From positions 8,788 through 72,787 of the forward strand of contig JAXLQU010000020.1 in the NCBI GenBank assembly GCA_046331425.1: a stretch of 64,000 nucleotides of DNA, written 5' to 3'. The notes under the pieces were generated by a model that saw nothing but the letters and a program-made list of their open reading frames with translations, was not told the DNA's origin and ran no database searches. The translations under genes and the position numbers were made by a program. The DNA is from Acidobacteriota bacterium (GTDB taxonomy: Bacteria; Acidobacteriota; Polarisedimenticolia; J045). This document shows, piece by piece, positions 8,162-17,504 of this stretch (positions are counted from its first letter, which is position 1; each line of letters starts with the position of its first letter).

Positions 8162-11100
8162 CTATGGGCAGGCGCGTCCCGTGCGCTGGACGCCGTTCGA
8201 TCTCGCGCCAAGCGTGCCGACCCCACACGAGTTCTTGGCGCGCACGAGGTAGAAGTACGCGTTCGCTGCAACTGGCTTGGACGGCTCGGCCGTTGTGTTG
8301 TCCGTGCCATCGGACTCCAGGCACGTGGCGGTTGCGCCGAAATCGGAGGCGATGCTCGAGCGCAGCGTGTCGTAAAGCGGCGCCGTGCCGCCGGGAGTCA
8401 ATGGCGCACTCCAGGTCAGCGCAGTCTTCGTCGTGAAGATCAGTGCCCGCGCCTCACCTGGAATCGACCAGACGGTGTTGCTCGCGTCGTTGCAGTCGAA
8501 TTCCGGACCGAAGCGCCCATCGCCATCGTCATCGGCGAGGCCGAGTGCAGAATTGGAGCGAATCGAGTGATAGTCGCTGCGATGATCGACCCACGCCACG
8601 TGAGTCCATCTGTCCGCGCTGAAGCTGAGCGCAGGCCACGCGGCGTCGGAGCAGCCTGGACCGTCCCCGGCTTCAACGCGGATCGAAGCCGCATGCCACG
8701 ATTGCCCCGCGTTCTCCGAGTAGTTGACATAGGTATCAAACCCCGGCTTGCCACCGCAGCTATTGCGGTTGTCGACCCAGGTGACACGCGCGTTGCTGCC
8801 GCGAAGCGCCACGGTCGGGACGATGAACCCCTCGGTCATCGCCGATTGATGAGCCCCAGGCGCATCCCCCGTGTCGACCTGTACGGCGCTTGCAAGCCAG
8901 GTTGCTCCTTGGTCTGTCGAGCGATTCGCAAAAACCTGGTCTTTTCCAGTTCGATCGTCGGTCCAGGTCACGAGCACGTTGCCTGCGTCGGCCGCCATCA
9001 CCACGTTGAACGAACTGTTGGCGCCGAGCGCGTCGCCATCGAGTCGCTGGTCCGTGCTCCAGGGTGGATCGCCGTTGGTCACCGAGCGTCTGACGAACAC
9101 GTCGTACGCACCATTGCGAGCATCAAACCACGCGATGTAAGCGCCGCCCGAGTTATCCGCGGCAATCGTGGTTCCGTTGGGAGGCGCTCCGACGATTCCA
9201 CCCGCGAGGTCGATCGCCCCGCGCCAGGTGTTGCCCGCATCCCAAGAGCGATTGACATAGTAGTGCCACGTTCCGAGCGGACCATTAGCGGCGTTGAACA
9301 ACACATAGACATGCCCGCTGGCATCGGACGTCATTCCGTCGAGCCATGCACCGCTGACACCGGTACCGTTGACCTTCGTGTCGGTTGGAAACTGCCACGT
9401 CGAGCCGCGGTCGTGGGAGACGTTGACGTAGGCGTCCATATCTTGGTCCGAGCCGGACCCGGTGACGCGATCGTCTGACCAACCGAGATAGACGTTGCCG
9501 CTCGCATCGCACGACAGGAATGCGGGGTTGATCATCGAGGCCTGTGTTCCGGCGTGGTCGACTCGGACCGGGGACGCGAGCCAGGTGCTGCACAGGTCGC
9601 ACGATTTGTTGAAGTACACGGATGGACTGGAACCGTTCCCCATCTCGGTCCACGCCACATAGACACAGCCACTGCCGTCGGTACAAACGCGCGGGACGAA
9701 CGAAGCGGCCGATCCTGCGCTGGTGTTGGTGTCGAGGCGCACATCGTTGACTCGCCAGGTTGCCCCGTGGTCTGCCGAGCAGTTCGCGTAGATGTCCTGG
9801 CGTCCATCGCGTTCGTCCATCCATGCGGCGAAGACCCGGCCCGTTCCATCACTCGCGACGGCCGGCAACATTGCTGCGCTGTTGCTCATGCTCGGTGTGC
9901 TGTCGAGGCGCGTGTCGGCCGCGTTCCACGTGTCGCCGCTGTTGCTGGAGTGGTTGGCGAAGATGTCGTTGTCGGCGCTCGGCCGCGCGTCGTTACGGCG
10001 GTCGTTCCAAATCGCAAACCACCCGGTCGATGTGTCGTGCGCGAGCCGCACTTGTCCCGCCGTGGTGGCGGCCGCCGTGCCGGTGTCGAGGCGTTGATCG
10101 CCCAGCCATGTGGCCCCTGTATCGTGCGAGCGATTGGCGTACGGCTCCTGACCACCGCGCCGCGTGTCGAGCCACGCGACTCCCGCGTCCGTGCCGCTTG
10201 CTGCAAGGCGCGGCGCTGATGAAGTGCCGGCAGTATTGCCCGGATCGAGTCGCTGGTCGGGACTCGCCCAGGTGCTGCCGAAATTCGTCGAACGCGTCGC
10301 CCAGACATGTGTCGCACCGGTGCGGTTGTCCTGCCACGCCACGTGAACCGCGCCCGCTGTGACCGCGATGTCGGGCAGCTCGGCTTTGGTACCCGCCGAC
10401 GCGTGGTCGACGCGCGCCGCAGTTCCCCATGTCGAGCCGTTGTTGGTGGACACGTTGACATACACCATCGAGGCCAATCCTGCGGCACGTTGCCACACGA
10501 CGTAGACACGAGAGCCGGCTGGTTCGAGAGCGATGCGCGGCTGAGTCGACGCGGGCGTTGCATCGTTGTCGAGTCGTTTCGCAGCGAGCCACGAGGCGCC
10601 GGCCGTCGTTGTGCTGCTGGCCCAGATCTTTCCGCTGCTGTCGGCCCACGTCACATGCGCGAAGCCACCCGAACGAGCGACGAGACTCAAAGGACTCGTG
10701 CCACCGTTACCGCTGTCGACGATTTGCGGCGCGCCCCACGTCAAACCTGCGTCCGTCGAAACGCTGACCGAAACGCTCTCCGTCGACCAGCTCCAGGACC
10801 ATGCTGCGTAGACGGTTCCCGATCCGTCGGTGGCGATCTCGGGTGAATGCAGTGTCTTCTTGCCGCGGAACTCATCGGTGTTGAGGCGCTTCACTTCGCG
10901 CCATGTGGCCGCGCCATCGATTGACGAGACGGCGTAGAGGTCATCGTTGTCGGTGATCGCTTCTCGCCACAGGACGACGACTCGCGACGAAGCATCGCAG
11001 GTAATGCGCACTTCGGGCGGGCCGAACGGCAACATCCCCGCCGGAAGAGTGCGCTTCACGCGCGTCGCCGCGGACCAGGTGGCTCCGCCATTGGTTGTTT

Positions 11101-11362
11101 TGCTGAGGTTGATGTCGCCGGAGAAACCGGAAGCGCCATGGCTGCTGTCGATCCAAACCGCGTAGGCAACGTTGGGCGATGGCGAGCAGATCTCGGCACC
11201 GGAGGAATCACTCGGCCCGGCGAGGCCGGTCCGTCGCAGGGCTTTGTCGGGAGACGAGAACTGGCCCAGGGCAAGGAACGGAAAGGCGATCGCTACGAGC
11301 GAGACGAGTAGCTGGCGCGCGGTTCTGTGTGACGTCGATCGGCCGACTGCTGCTGTCCACAT
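8162..11362 (-). CDS. Large exported Asp-box (BNR/sialidase-like) beta-propeller protein with a C-terminal Cys-containing domain
   Basis: 1066 aa; N-terminal hydrophobic signal; ~15 SxDxGxTW-like boxes; ends DCND...YFYLVRAKNSCGVGTLG...RACP. Confidence 0.8.
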   Translation of the reverse strand: MWTAAVGRSTSHRTARQLLVSLVAIAFPFLALGQFSSPDKALRRTGLAGPSDSSGAEICSPSPNVAYAVWIDSSHGASGFSGDINLSKTTNGGATWSAATRVKRTLPAGMLPFGPPEVRITCDASSRVVVLWREAITDNDDLYAVSSIDGAATWREVKRLNTDEFRGKKTLHSPEIATDGSGTVYAAWSWSWSTESVSVSVSTDAGLTWGAPQIVDSGNGGTSPLSLVARSGGFAHVTWADSSGKIWASSTTTAGASWLAAKRLDNDATPASTQPRIALEPAGSRVYVVWQRAAGLASMVYVNVSTNNGSTWGTAARVDHASAGTKAELPDIAVTAGAVHVAWQDNRTGATHVWATRSTNFGSTWASPDQRLDPGNTAGTSSAPRLAASGTDAGVAWLDTRRGGQEPYANRSHDTGATWLGDQRLDTGTAAATTAGQVRLAHDTSTGWFAIWNDRRNDARPSADNDIFANHSSNSGDTWNAADTRLDSTPSMSNSAAMLPAVASDGTGRVFAAWMDERDGRQDIYANCSADHGATWRVNDVRLDTNTSAGSAASFVPRVCTDGSGCVYVAWTEMGNGSSPSVYFNKSCDLCSTWLASPVRVDHAGTQASMINPAFLSCDASGNVYLGWSDDRVTGSGSDQDMDAYVNVSHDRGSTWQFPTDTKVNGTGVSGAWLDGMTSDASGHVYVLFNAANGPLGTWHYYVNRSWDAGNTWRGAIDLAGGIVGAPPNGTTIAADNSGGAYIAWFDARNGAYDVFVRRSVTNGDPPWSTDQRLDGDALGANSSFNVVMAADAGNVLVTWTDDRTGKDQVFANRSTDQGATWLASAVQVDTGDAPGAHQSAMTEGFIVPTVALRGSNARVTWVDNRNSCGGKPGFDTYVNYSENAGQSWHAASIRVEAGDGPGCSDAAWPALSFSADRWTHVAWVDHRSDYHSIRSNSALGLADDDGDGRFGPEFDCNDASNTVWSIPGEARALIFTTKTALTWSAPLTPGGTAPLYDTLRSSIASDFGATATCLESDGTDNTTAEPSKPVAANAYFYLVRAKNSCGVGTLGARSNGVQRTGRACP

Positions 11363-11621
11363 TGTGTCGCCCTCATGCGATTGAGCCGATGGCCTACCGA
11401 ATTAAGCCGACGCCCGAGGTTGCCGCTCCCTGCGCTTCCCGGCGGTGCCGGCATTGTGTCACAGCGTGGGCGTTGCCGAAGGTACGGGCAGGTTGGGTCG
11501 GCGTCTTGTCCTTTTGCAGATCACAGGTCAGGGCGCTGTTCGGAGAATAGGCCGGAGGCAGGTAACGACCGTTGAGCGTGTGATCGGCGTGAGGTGCGCG
11601 AAGGTTTGATTGACGCACCGT

Positions 11622-11875
11622 ATGCGCGGCGGGTTGCGCTGGCGATCGAGATGAACCATGAGGCCAATGGTACCGATCGCGTCGTCCCGATGGCCGATGA
11701 CAGAGCGCTTCTCGTGCCTGTATGTCAACGTCGACCGCCCGTTGGTCCCGCCGAAGCAGATTCTTCGAGCGTTGTTGTTGTTGGACTTCTACTCGATCCG
11801 AAGCGAGCGACGACTGTTCGCTTTCGGGAGTGCTGCAATCAACCTGGTGCGACTCAGAAACATCGCGAGCGGCAA
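11622..11875 (+). pseudogene. Internally deleted IS5-family transposase remnant
   Basis: MRG start at 11622; LYVNVDRPLVPPKQILRALLLLDFYSIRSERRL (DUF772-like N-terminus) joined directly to FAFGSAAINLVRLRNI (C-terminal end motif); no DDE core. Confidence 0.7.
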
Positions 11876-11894
11876 CGTGACGTCGACATGTTCT

Positions 11895-12500
11895 TCAGGG
11901 CTTGCCCCCCTTCTTGGGCTTTACCTCTCGGCCGGCGTACCGAAAGCCATCGAACTCGCCTGTCTCACTGATGTCAAAAACAGTGGGCACGGCTGTCGCG
12001 TATCCAAGAACAGCATCCGTGAATGGGTACTCGACAAGATAAACCGGAAACCTCGACCGAACAGTCTCATAGAGCTGGCCTTTGGTTGTGTAAAACAAAA
12101 ACACGAGGTTGCTTTCGCCGTCTAGTTGCCAGCCCGCAGCCTCGATTTGCTGGAAGAGCTGTCTCCCAGCTTTGCAGTTCATCCCGAAGAAGACCACCTT
12201 GGCTCGTTTCCCTCGAATGACCTCGGAAAGTCGCAGCTTCGGTTGTTGGTTGTTGGTTCGAGCCTCGGATGGCTCCAACAAAAGTTCCGGATATGGCTTT
12301 CCCAACGCGTCGCGCAACCTCTTGCAAGACAGCTCGTACGCGCGCGCGTCTTCCTTAGCAGCGTAGAGTTGTGCGAGATCAAGTGGTAAGTCCCTCCTCA
12401 GTGGGCGTCGTCCAGGTACATCACCAACTGTTCCGCCACATGCGGTGGCCAGCCCAGCAATGGCAAGGATCATCGCCCAGCGTTTGAAGACAACTCTCAC
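11895..12500 (-). CDS. Hypothetical lipoprotein, probable thioredoxin-like fold
   Basis: Lipobox LATAC; VVFFGMNCKAG and PTVFDISETG...RYAG resemble TlpA-type elements; AT-richer than flanks by eye. Confidence 0.55.
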   Translation of the reverse strand: MRVVFKRWAMILAIAGLATACGGTVGDVPGRRPLRRDLPLDLAQLYAAKEDARAYELSCKRLRDALGKPYPELLLEPSEARTNNQQPKLRLSEVIRGKRAKVVFFGMNCKAGRQLFQQIEAAGWQLDGESNLVFLFYTTKGQLYETVRSRFPVYLVEYPFTDAVLGYATAVPTVFDISETGEFDGFRYAGREVKPKKGGKP

Positions 12501-12526
12501 GTGTTTTCCATCCGTTCAGTCGTGGC

Positions 12527-12679
12527 GCGGAAGCAATTCAACCGGCGTTTCATTGTCTTGGCCGACTATCGCGGATATCTGGGCGCAGGGAAAGCGATCG
12601 TTCTCGCGGTGAGGGCCAGGTCGACGCCACCGTGATCAGTCTTCAGCGCGCTATCTGACTCGCTGCGCAATCGCGCCGG
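12527..12679 (-). repeat. Repeat copy A: 113-bp core (12567-12679) plus oriIS-like terminus
   Basis: Core differs from copy B at 4 of 113 positions; minus-strand end GCCGGTTGAATTGCTTCCGC. Confidence 0.9.
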
Positions 12680-12919
12680 TACACACACTCGCCAGCCTGA
12701 CACCTCAACCGAACGAGGTGCAGAGACTTGGTTGCAATCAACAGCAAGGGCGTTGGCAGGTACGCACAATGGCTGACCAGCAACATCGCCGTGAAGCCAC
12801 CACGGTCGGCGAGCGTGTCAGAAACGACCGGGACTGTGTGCGACAGCAGCGGGAGTAGGTTCGGTTTTGTGATCGACTGCATCGATGGCGAGGCTCCAGG
12901 ACGCAACCCGCACACCTTC

Positions 12920-13969
12920 TCAGCGCAACGAGTACCAGACCCCGCGCCCACGTCCGTGCTGGTTGAGATGGCCATGCTCGACGAGCGCCCGGAAGTGCTG
13001 CTTGAGCGTGTTGCGGCTCGTGCCGGTCAGCTTGATTGCCTCGCCAATGGTCACGCGGCCGTGCGCGCGTGCGAACTCGACGATCCGCAGCGAGAGATCC
13101 GGCAGCACGCCAAGGACCAGCTTCTCGCGCTCGACCTTCCTCTCGAGCCGCCGAACCTGCTCAGCCAGCGAGCGCAGGAAGAACTCGAGCCACGGCTGCC
13201 AGTTCGGAGCGTCGGTCCTGATCGTGCACTGGGTCTGTCGCAGCGCAAGGTAGTAGGCCTCCTTGCTCTGCTCGATCACGCTCTCGAGCGAACTGTACGG
13301 CACGTACGCGTAGCCAGCCTGCAGCAACAGCAACGTCGTCAGCACGCGGCTGAGTCGACCGTTCCCGTCCTGGAATGGGTGGATCTCGAGGAACACGACT
13401 GTGAACAGGCCGATGATCAACAGAGGGTGTAGGTGACGCGCCTCGCGCTGCTCGCGCACCCATGTCACCAGTTCGAACATCAATCGGGGCGTGTCGAAGG
13501 GTGTGGCTGTTTCAAAGACAACACCAAGCTGCGTGCCGCTCTCGTCAAACGCGGCGACGCTGTTGGAAGTGGTCTTGTAGTTTCCTCGGTGCCAGGTGTC
13601 CTTCGCGCTGTGGCGGAGCAGGATCTGATGCAACTGCTTGACGTGGTTCTCGGTAATCGGAATGTCCTGCCACGAGGCAAACACCAGATCCATCAGCTCC
13701 GCGTAGCCGGCGACCTCCTGCTCGTCGCTTGTGGAGAGCGTCGTGATCTCGAGGTTCGAGAGCAGACGTTCCACGTCGCGGTCGGACATCCGATTCCCCT
13801 CGATGCGGGTGGACGAGCCGATGCTCTCGATCGTCGCCACGCGTCGGAGGGCCGAAAGTCGTTCCGGAGCAAGCGCACTCAGAGCGCGCCACGCGCCCTT
13901 GAACTCGTCGATCCTGGCAATCAGCCGCAGGATCTCGGGTGTGATCTGGACGGTTTCGGACCGGAGCAT
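12920..13969 (-). CDS. Fic family protein with C-terminal winged helix
   Basis: Intact HPFQDGNGRLSR motif; N-terminal STRIEG inhibitory-type motif; C-terminal wHTH (GRVTIGEAIKLTG...GRGRGVWY). Confidence 0.92.
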   Translation of the reverse strand: MLRSETVQITPEILRLIARIDEFKGAWRALSALAPERLSALRRVATIESIGSSTRIEGNRMSDRDVERLLSNLEITTLSTSDEQEVAGYAELMDLVFASWQDIPITENHVKQLHQILLRHSAKDTWHRGNYKTTSNSVAAFDESGTQLGVVFETATPFDTPRLMFELVTWVREQREARHLHPLLIIGLFTVVFLEIHPFQDGNGRLSRVLTTLLLLQAGYAYVPYSSLESVIEQSKEAYYLALRQTQCTIRTDAPNWQPWLEFFLRSLAEQVRRLERKVEREKLVLGVLPDLSLRIVEFARAHGRVTIGEAIKLTGTSRNTLKQHFRALVEHGHLNQHGRGRGVWYSLR

Positions 13970-14194
13970 GGGCCATCACTACACCCAATTGCACCCATTT
14001 TCGAGCACCAAGACCACAAACGCGCCCGAGTCCACCGGGGGGCTGCGGCCACCCAGTTCGGCTCTCCAGCACGTCGCGGACATTCATCCGTCTGTGGAAT
14101 CCCCTAACGCTCGGCTGATTGCACTCCGCGCACTCCTTGCGCGCCAAACTCGCACTCTTGGTGGACCGGGACTAGGAGGCAGCGACTCCTGCCG

Positions 14195-14351
14195 CCGCAA
14201 AAATACGAGTCAAGCCGCGCTTCATTGACCGGACCGTGTATCGCGGATATCTGGGCGCAGGGGAAGCGATCGTTCTCGCGGTGAGGACCAGGTCGACGCC
14301 ACCGTGATCAATCTGCAGCGCGCTATCTGACTCGCTGCGCAATCGCGCCGG
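14195..14351 (-). repeat. Repeat copy B: 113-bp core (14239-14351) plus terminal extension
   Basis: 109/113 identical to copy A; similarity continues as CAATGAAGCGCGGCTTGA on the minus strand. Confidence 0.9.
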
Positions 14352-14375
14352 CATGTTGGGCGATGGGCGCGTCTT

Positions 14376-14516
14376 TCAACCCAGACACTCGAGAGTCTGG
14401 CGCGAGGTCTCGCGCGCATGGCTCTGCGCCGCGATCTGCATCGGTGCTTGGCGGCGTGCACGCTGAAGCACGTCGATCGCATGCACGCCGCGCATTAGCG
14501 TCGCCCAGGTGTAGTA
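14376..14516 (-). mobile_element. IS91-family transposase C-terminal remnant
   Basis: YYTWATLMRGVHAIDVLQRARRQAPMQIAAQ...TLECLG resembles the IS91 C-terminal W.ELM.RVF.IDVL.C..CGG.M.I.A...IL.HLG pattern; abuts repeat B. Confidence 0.65.
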
Positions 14517-14652
14517 GCAGACCTGCTGTCCGTGACCGAGAGCCGCTCCGAGAAGTGTTGCCTTACACGCCAGCACAAGAGGGCCCCTACGGATGAAACC
14601 GTTGCCGGCAGTCGACAACAATTAATTGTCGCCGACCAGCCAACTCATGTTG

Positions 14653-14678
14653 TATACTGAACCATATGGTACAGTATA
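14653..14678. promoter_or_regulatory. ArsR-type operator palindrome TATACTGAACCA-TA-TGGTACAGTATA overlapping the regulator start codon
   Basis: 11/12 inverted repeat spanning ATG 14666. Confidence 0.75.
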
Positions 14679-15031
14679 GCCAGGCCCACCTCGATGCCTC
14701 GTTCGGCGCACTCTCGGACCCCACCCGACGCGGCGTGCTGGAGCAACTCGGGCGTGCGGACGCTTCGATCACAGCACTTGCCGAAAGGTTCCACATGACC
14801 CTTTCGGGCATGAAGAAACATGTAGGCGTGCTGGAGCAAGCGGGGCTCGTCAGAACAGAGAAGGTTGGACGCGTGCGGACCTGCAAGCTTGGGCTGCGCG
14901 GACTGGAAGAAGAGGCGGCATGGATCGAGAGGTATCGCCAGCTCTGGGCCGCGCGCTTCGATGAGCTGGACATTGTTGTCGAGGAACTGAAACGGAAGGA
15001 GAAAGCAAATGGACGTAAATGGAGAAAGTGA
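14666..15031 (+). CDS. ArsR/SmtB family transcriptional regulator
   Basis: LDASFGALSDPTRRGVLEQL...KKHVGVLEQAGLV...GRVRTC; precedes SRPBCC gene. Confidence 0.9.
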   Translation: MVQYSQAHLDASFGALSDPTRRGVLEQLGRADASITALAERFHMTLSGMKKHVGVLEQAGLVRTEKVGRVRTCKLGLRGLEEEAAWIERYRQLWAARFDELDIVVEELKRKEKANGRKWRK

Positions 15032-15518
15032 CGCCGCGCCCACGAAGAACCGCACGCGGGTGGAGCGGAAGTCCGAACGCGAACTCGTCGTCGAACGCAC
15101 CGTCAACGCGCCTGCGCGCCTCGTGTTCGAGGCGTGGACCAAGGCAGAGCTGTTCAGGAGGTGGTGGGTACCGAAATCCTACGGGCTGAACCTGCTTTCG
15201 TGCGAAATGGATGTTCGCGTCGGGGGGCAGTATCGCCTGGTGTTTCGCCACGAAGACTCGACCATGGAGTTTTTCGGCACGTACCTCGAAGTGATACCGA
15301 ACTCGCGCCTCGTTTGGACCAACGAGGAGGGTGGCGACGGCACAACCGTCACCACGGTGACCTTCAATGAAACCGACGGCAAGACGCAGTTGGTGGTGCA
15401 CGATCTTTACCCATCGAAGGAAGCGCTTGACTCCGGATCGATGGACGCGATGCCCGAGTCGCTCGACCAACTCGACGAGCTACTCGCGAGCCTAGGATCA
15501 GGTACGGAGACAAAATGA
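15009..15518 (+). CDS. SRPBCC/AHSA1-like domain protein
   Basis: [43 protein letters not shown]. Confidence 0.88.
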   Translation: MDVNGESDAAPTKNRTRVERKSERELVVERTVNAPARLVFEAWTKAELFRRWWVPKSYGLNLLSCEMDVRVGGQYRLVFRHEDSTMEFFGTYLEVIPNSRLVWTNEEGGDGTTVTTVTFNETDGKTQLVVHDLYPSKEALDSGSMDAMPESLDQLDELLASLGSGTETK

Positions 15519-16408
15519 CCCGGCCAATCGACCAAGCAAACGCATCTGGACGGCGTTCGGCAGTGCGGAAGACAGCTTTCCTCTTGATGACGCTCGCTGT
15601 GACCGCCGTGTCGGCGCAGCAGAAACCAGCATCGGGCTACGCGCCAGTCAATGGAATCAACATGTACTACGAGGTCCACGGCAGCGGTGAAGCGGTGGTG
15701 TTGCTCCACGGAGCGTTCATGACCATCACCAACAACTGGGACGGGTGGATCAGCGAGCTCTCCAAAACACGGAAAGTCATTGCCGTCGAAATGCAAGGTC
15801 ACGGCCGCACGGCGGACGTCCCACGAGATATCACCTACGAACACCTCGCCGACGACGTGGCCGCACTGCTCGATTATCTCGAGGTCCCGCGAGCCGACCT
15901 TCTCGGTTACAGCATGGGTGGAGCCGTGGCGATGCAGTGTGCGATCCGCCATCCGGACAAAGTGCGCAGGGCAGTCATCATTTCGTCTACGTTCCGCCGT
16001 GACGGCATGATCGCGGAAGCGGTCGAGGCTATCCAGAAACTCACGGCGGATGCTTTCAAAGGCTCGCCCATCGAGGCCGAGTACAAGAAGCTGAGTCCGA
16101 CTCCGGACGACTTTCCGAAGTTCGTTCAGCGAATCGTCGCGACGGCCTCGAAAGGGTACGACCTTGGAGCCGACAAGCTCAAGGCCACCACGACGCCCAT
16201 GTTTTTCATCCACGGCGACGCTGACGGCGTGCGGCTCGCGCACGTCGCGGAGATGTTTCGCCTAAAGGGTGGCGAGATTCACGGCGACATGAGGCCGCGC
16301 TCCGCATCGCGCTTGGCCATCTTGCCCGACACCACGCACGTGACACTGATGCAGCGCATACCCATCATCATCCCGATGGTGAACGACTTTCTCGACGCCA
16401 AGCCGTAG
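15515..16408 (+). CDS. Exported alpha/beta hydrolase
   Basis: [17 protein letters not shown], nucleophile elbow GYSMGG, catalytic-type D and H; signal-like N-terminus; ATGA overlap. Confidence 0.88.
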   Translation: MTRPIDQANASGRRSAVRKTAFLLMTLAVTAVSAQQKPASGYAPVNGINMYYEVHGSGEAVVLLHGAFMTITNNWDGWISELSKTRKVIAVEMQGHGRTADVPRDITYEHLADDVAALLDYLEVPRADLLGYSMGGAVAMQCAIRHPDKVRRAVIISSTFRRDGMIAEAVEAIQKLTADAFKGSPIEAEYKKLSPTPDDFPKFVQRIVATASKGYDLGADKLKATTTPMFFIHGDADGVRLAHVAEMFRLKGGEIHGDMRPRSASRLAILPDTTHVTLMQRIPIIIPMVNDFLDAKP

Positions 16409-16529
16409 CCGTGCTTCGACTCGCGCCGTTTACCGAAAGCGAGACTCGTACCGCAGTCAACACGACCGTCCTGCTGATCGAAACGGCACCGTCGACAGTT
16501 CCTCCTCCTGCTTCGCGCCGCATACCTGC

Positions 16530-16684
16530 GCGGATCAGCGATTCAAGCTGCGGGTCACGAGTCGGGCCGGGTATTGCGGATCTTCGGGTGCATGGAGATC
16601 GATCGTTGGCGTGGTGCAGGTGACGGCATCAACACCGTGGTTGATCTGCCGCGCTCCACTTGACTCACTGCGCAACCGCGCCAG
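16530..16684 (-). repeat. Repeat copy C: diverged copy of the 113-bp core (16572-16684) plus oriIS-like terminus
   Basis: Shares TAT.GCGGAT, CGATCGTT, CACCGTG and TGACTC.CTGCGCAA.CGCGCC blocks with A/B; minus-strand end GCAGCTTGAATCGCTGATCCGC. Confidence 0.75.
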
Positions 16685-16752
16685 CACACAAGCCCACATT
16701 CGCGTCACATCGATCAGGTGGGGTTCAACATCGGTCGCCGGTCGGGCGTTGC

Positions 16753-17400
16753 TCATGCCCGTGCAAACACGCGAAACACTGACTCGGCCCAGGTGTAGTA
16801 ACGGTCACGGGGACTTCGAGATGTTCCCGGCACTCGTGGTTGCGTGGCGCCGGCCGCGAGGTTGCCGGGAGCAGGGCTGCGTGACCAGCACGACGATGAT
16901 GCGCTCTCTGCCTCATCGCACTGCGGCACGATCCGATCGCGTTTCGTGGCACCGAGCGCCAGCACCTCGGCGATTTTGCTCATCGCTTCGAACCGATCGA
17001 GGACCGGTATCAGTCCTTCACCGTCGCCCCAGAGATGCAGGCGGGCAACGAGGCGCTCACGAGCGCGCTGGATTCGAATACGCGCTGCGCCGGCATCGAG
17101 GTTGATTTACACCAGCTCGACGAGTGCATTGCGCAGATCGAGCTGCGATTAGGCCAGCCTGCGGATCAACGCGAGTGGATCGTGCGGCCCCACCCTCCCG
17201 CATGCGGCTACATGACGTGATTTGGACGGTAGCTTTCGCGACATTGACGTGGATCCTGTGCCGAGCTGCGCAGACGCAGCAAGGGATTTGCTCGACGCGT
17301 CGGTTTGCAGCCGGTGGCGCTTCCGTGAGCATGGTTCCCGGAGGGTGCTATGCGGCCGACACTGATTGGGACAGGACGGGTGATCTGATCGCAACACGGA
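16753..17400 (-). mobile_element. Degraded IS91-family transposase (multiple stops and frameshifts)
   Basis: Motif remnants in the expected order: QITRPVPI (YITRP), DPLALIRRLA, VLALGATKRDRIVP, RYYTWAESVFRVFA. Confidence 0.6.
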
Positions 17401-17504
17401 CGACGCCACCAAGTTGTCACACCGTTGCGTGGCCGGCGCGGGCCGTTTTGTGGTCAACTCCGCGCCGGGAAACCAGATCATCACAGCGTGACCCAGAGGT
17501 TTGC

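Noticed and set aside
14172-14354. Repeat translated as a conserved peptide (PARLRSESDSALQIDHGG...), at first reminiscent of an integron integrase segment
   Set aside because: No tyrosine-recombinase catalytic motifs nearby; it lies downstream of the transposase stop and is probably non-coding
12527-16684. The three repeats as a CRISPR array or integron attC sites
   Set aside because: Units are over 110 bp and kilobases apart, no cas or intI gene is present, and no RYYYAAC/GTTRRRY ends were found; adjacency to IS91 remnants explains them better
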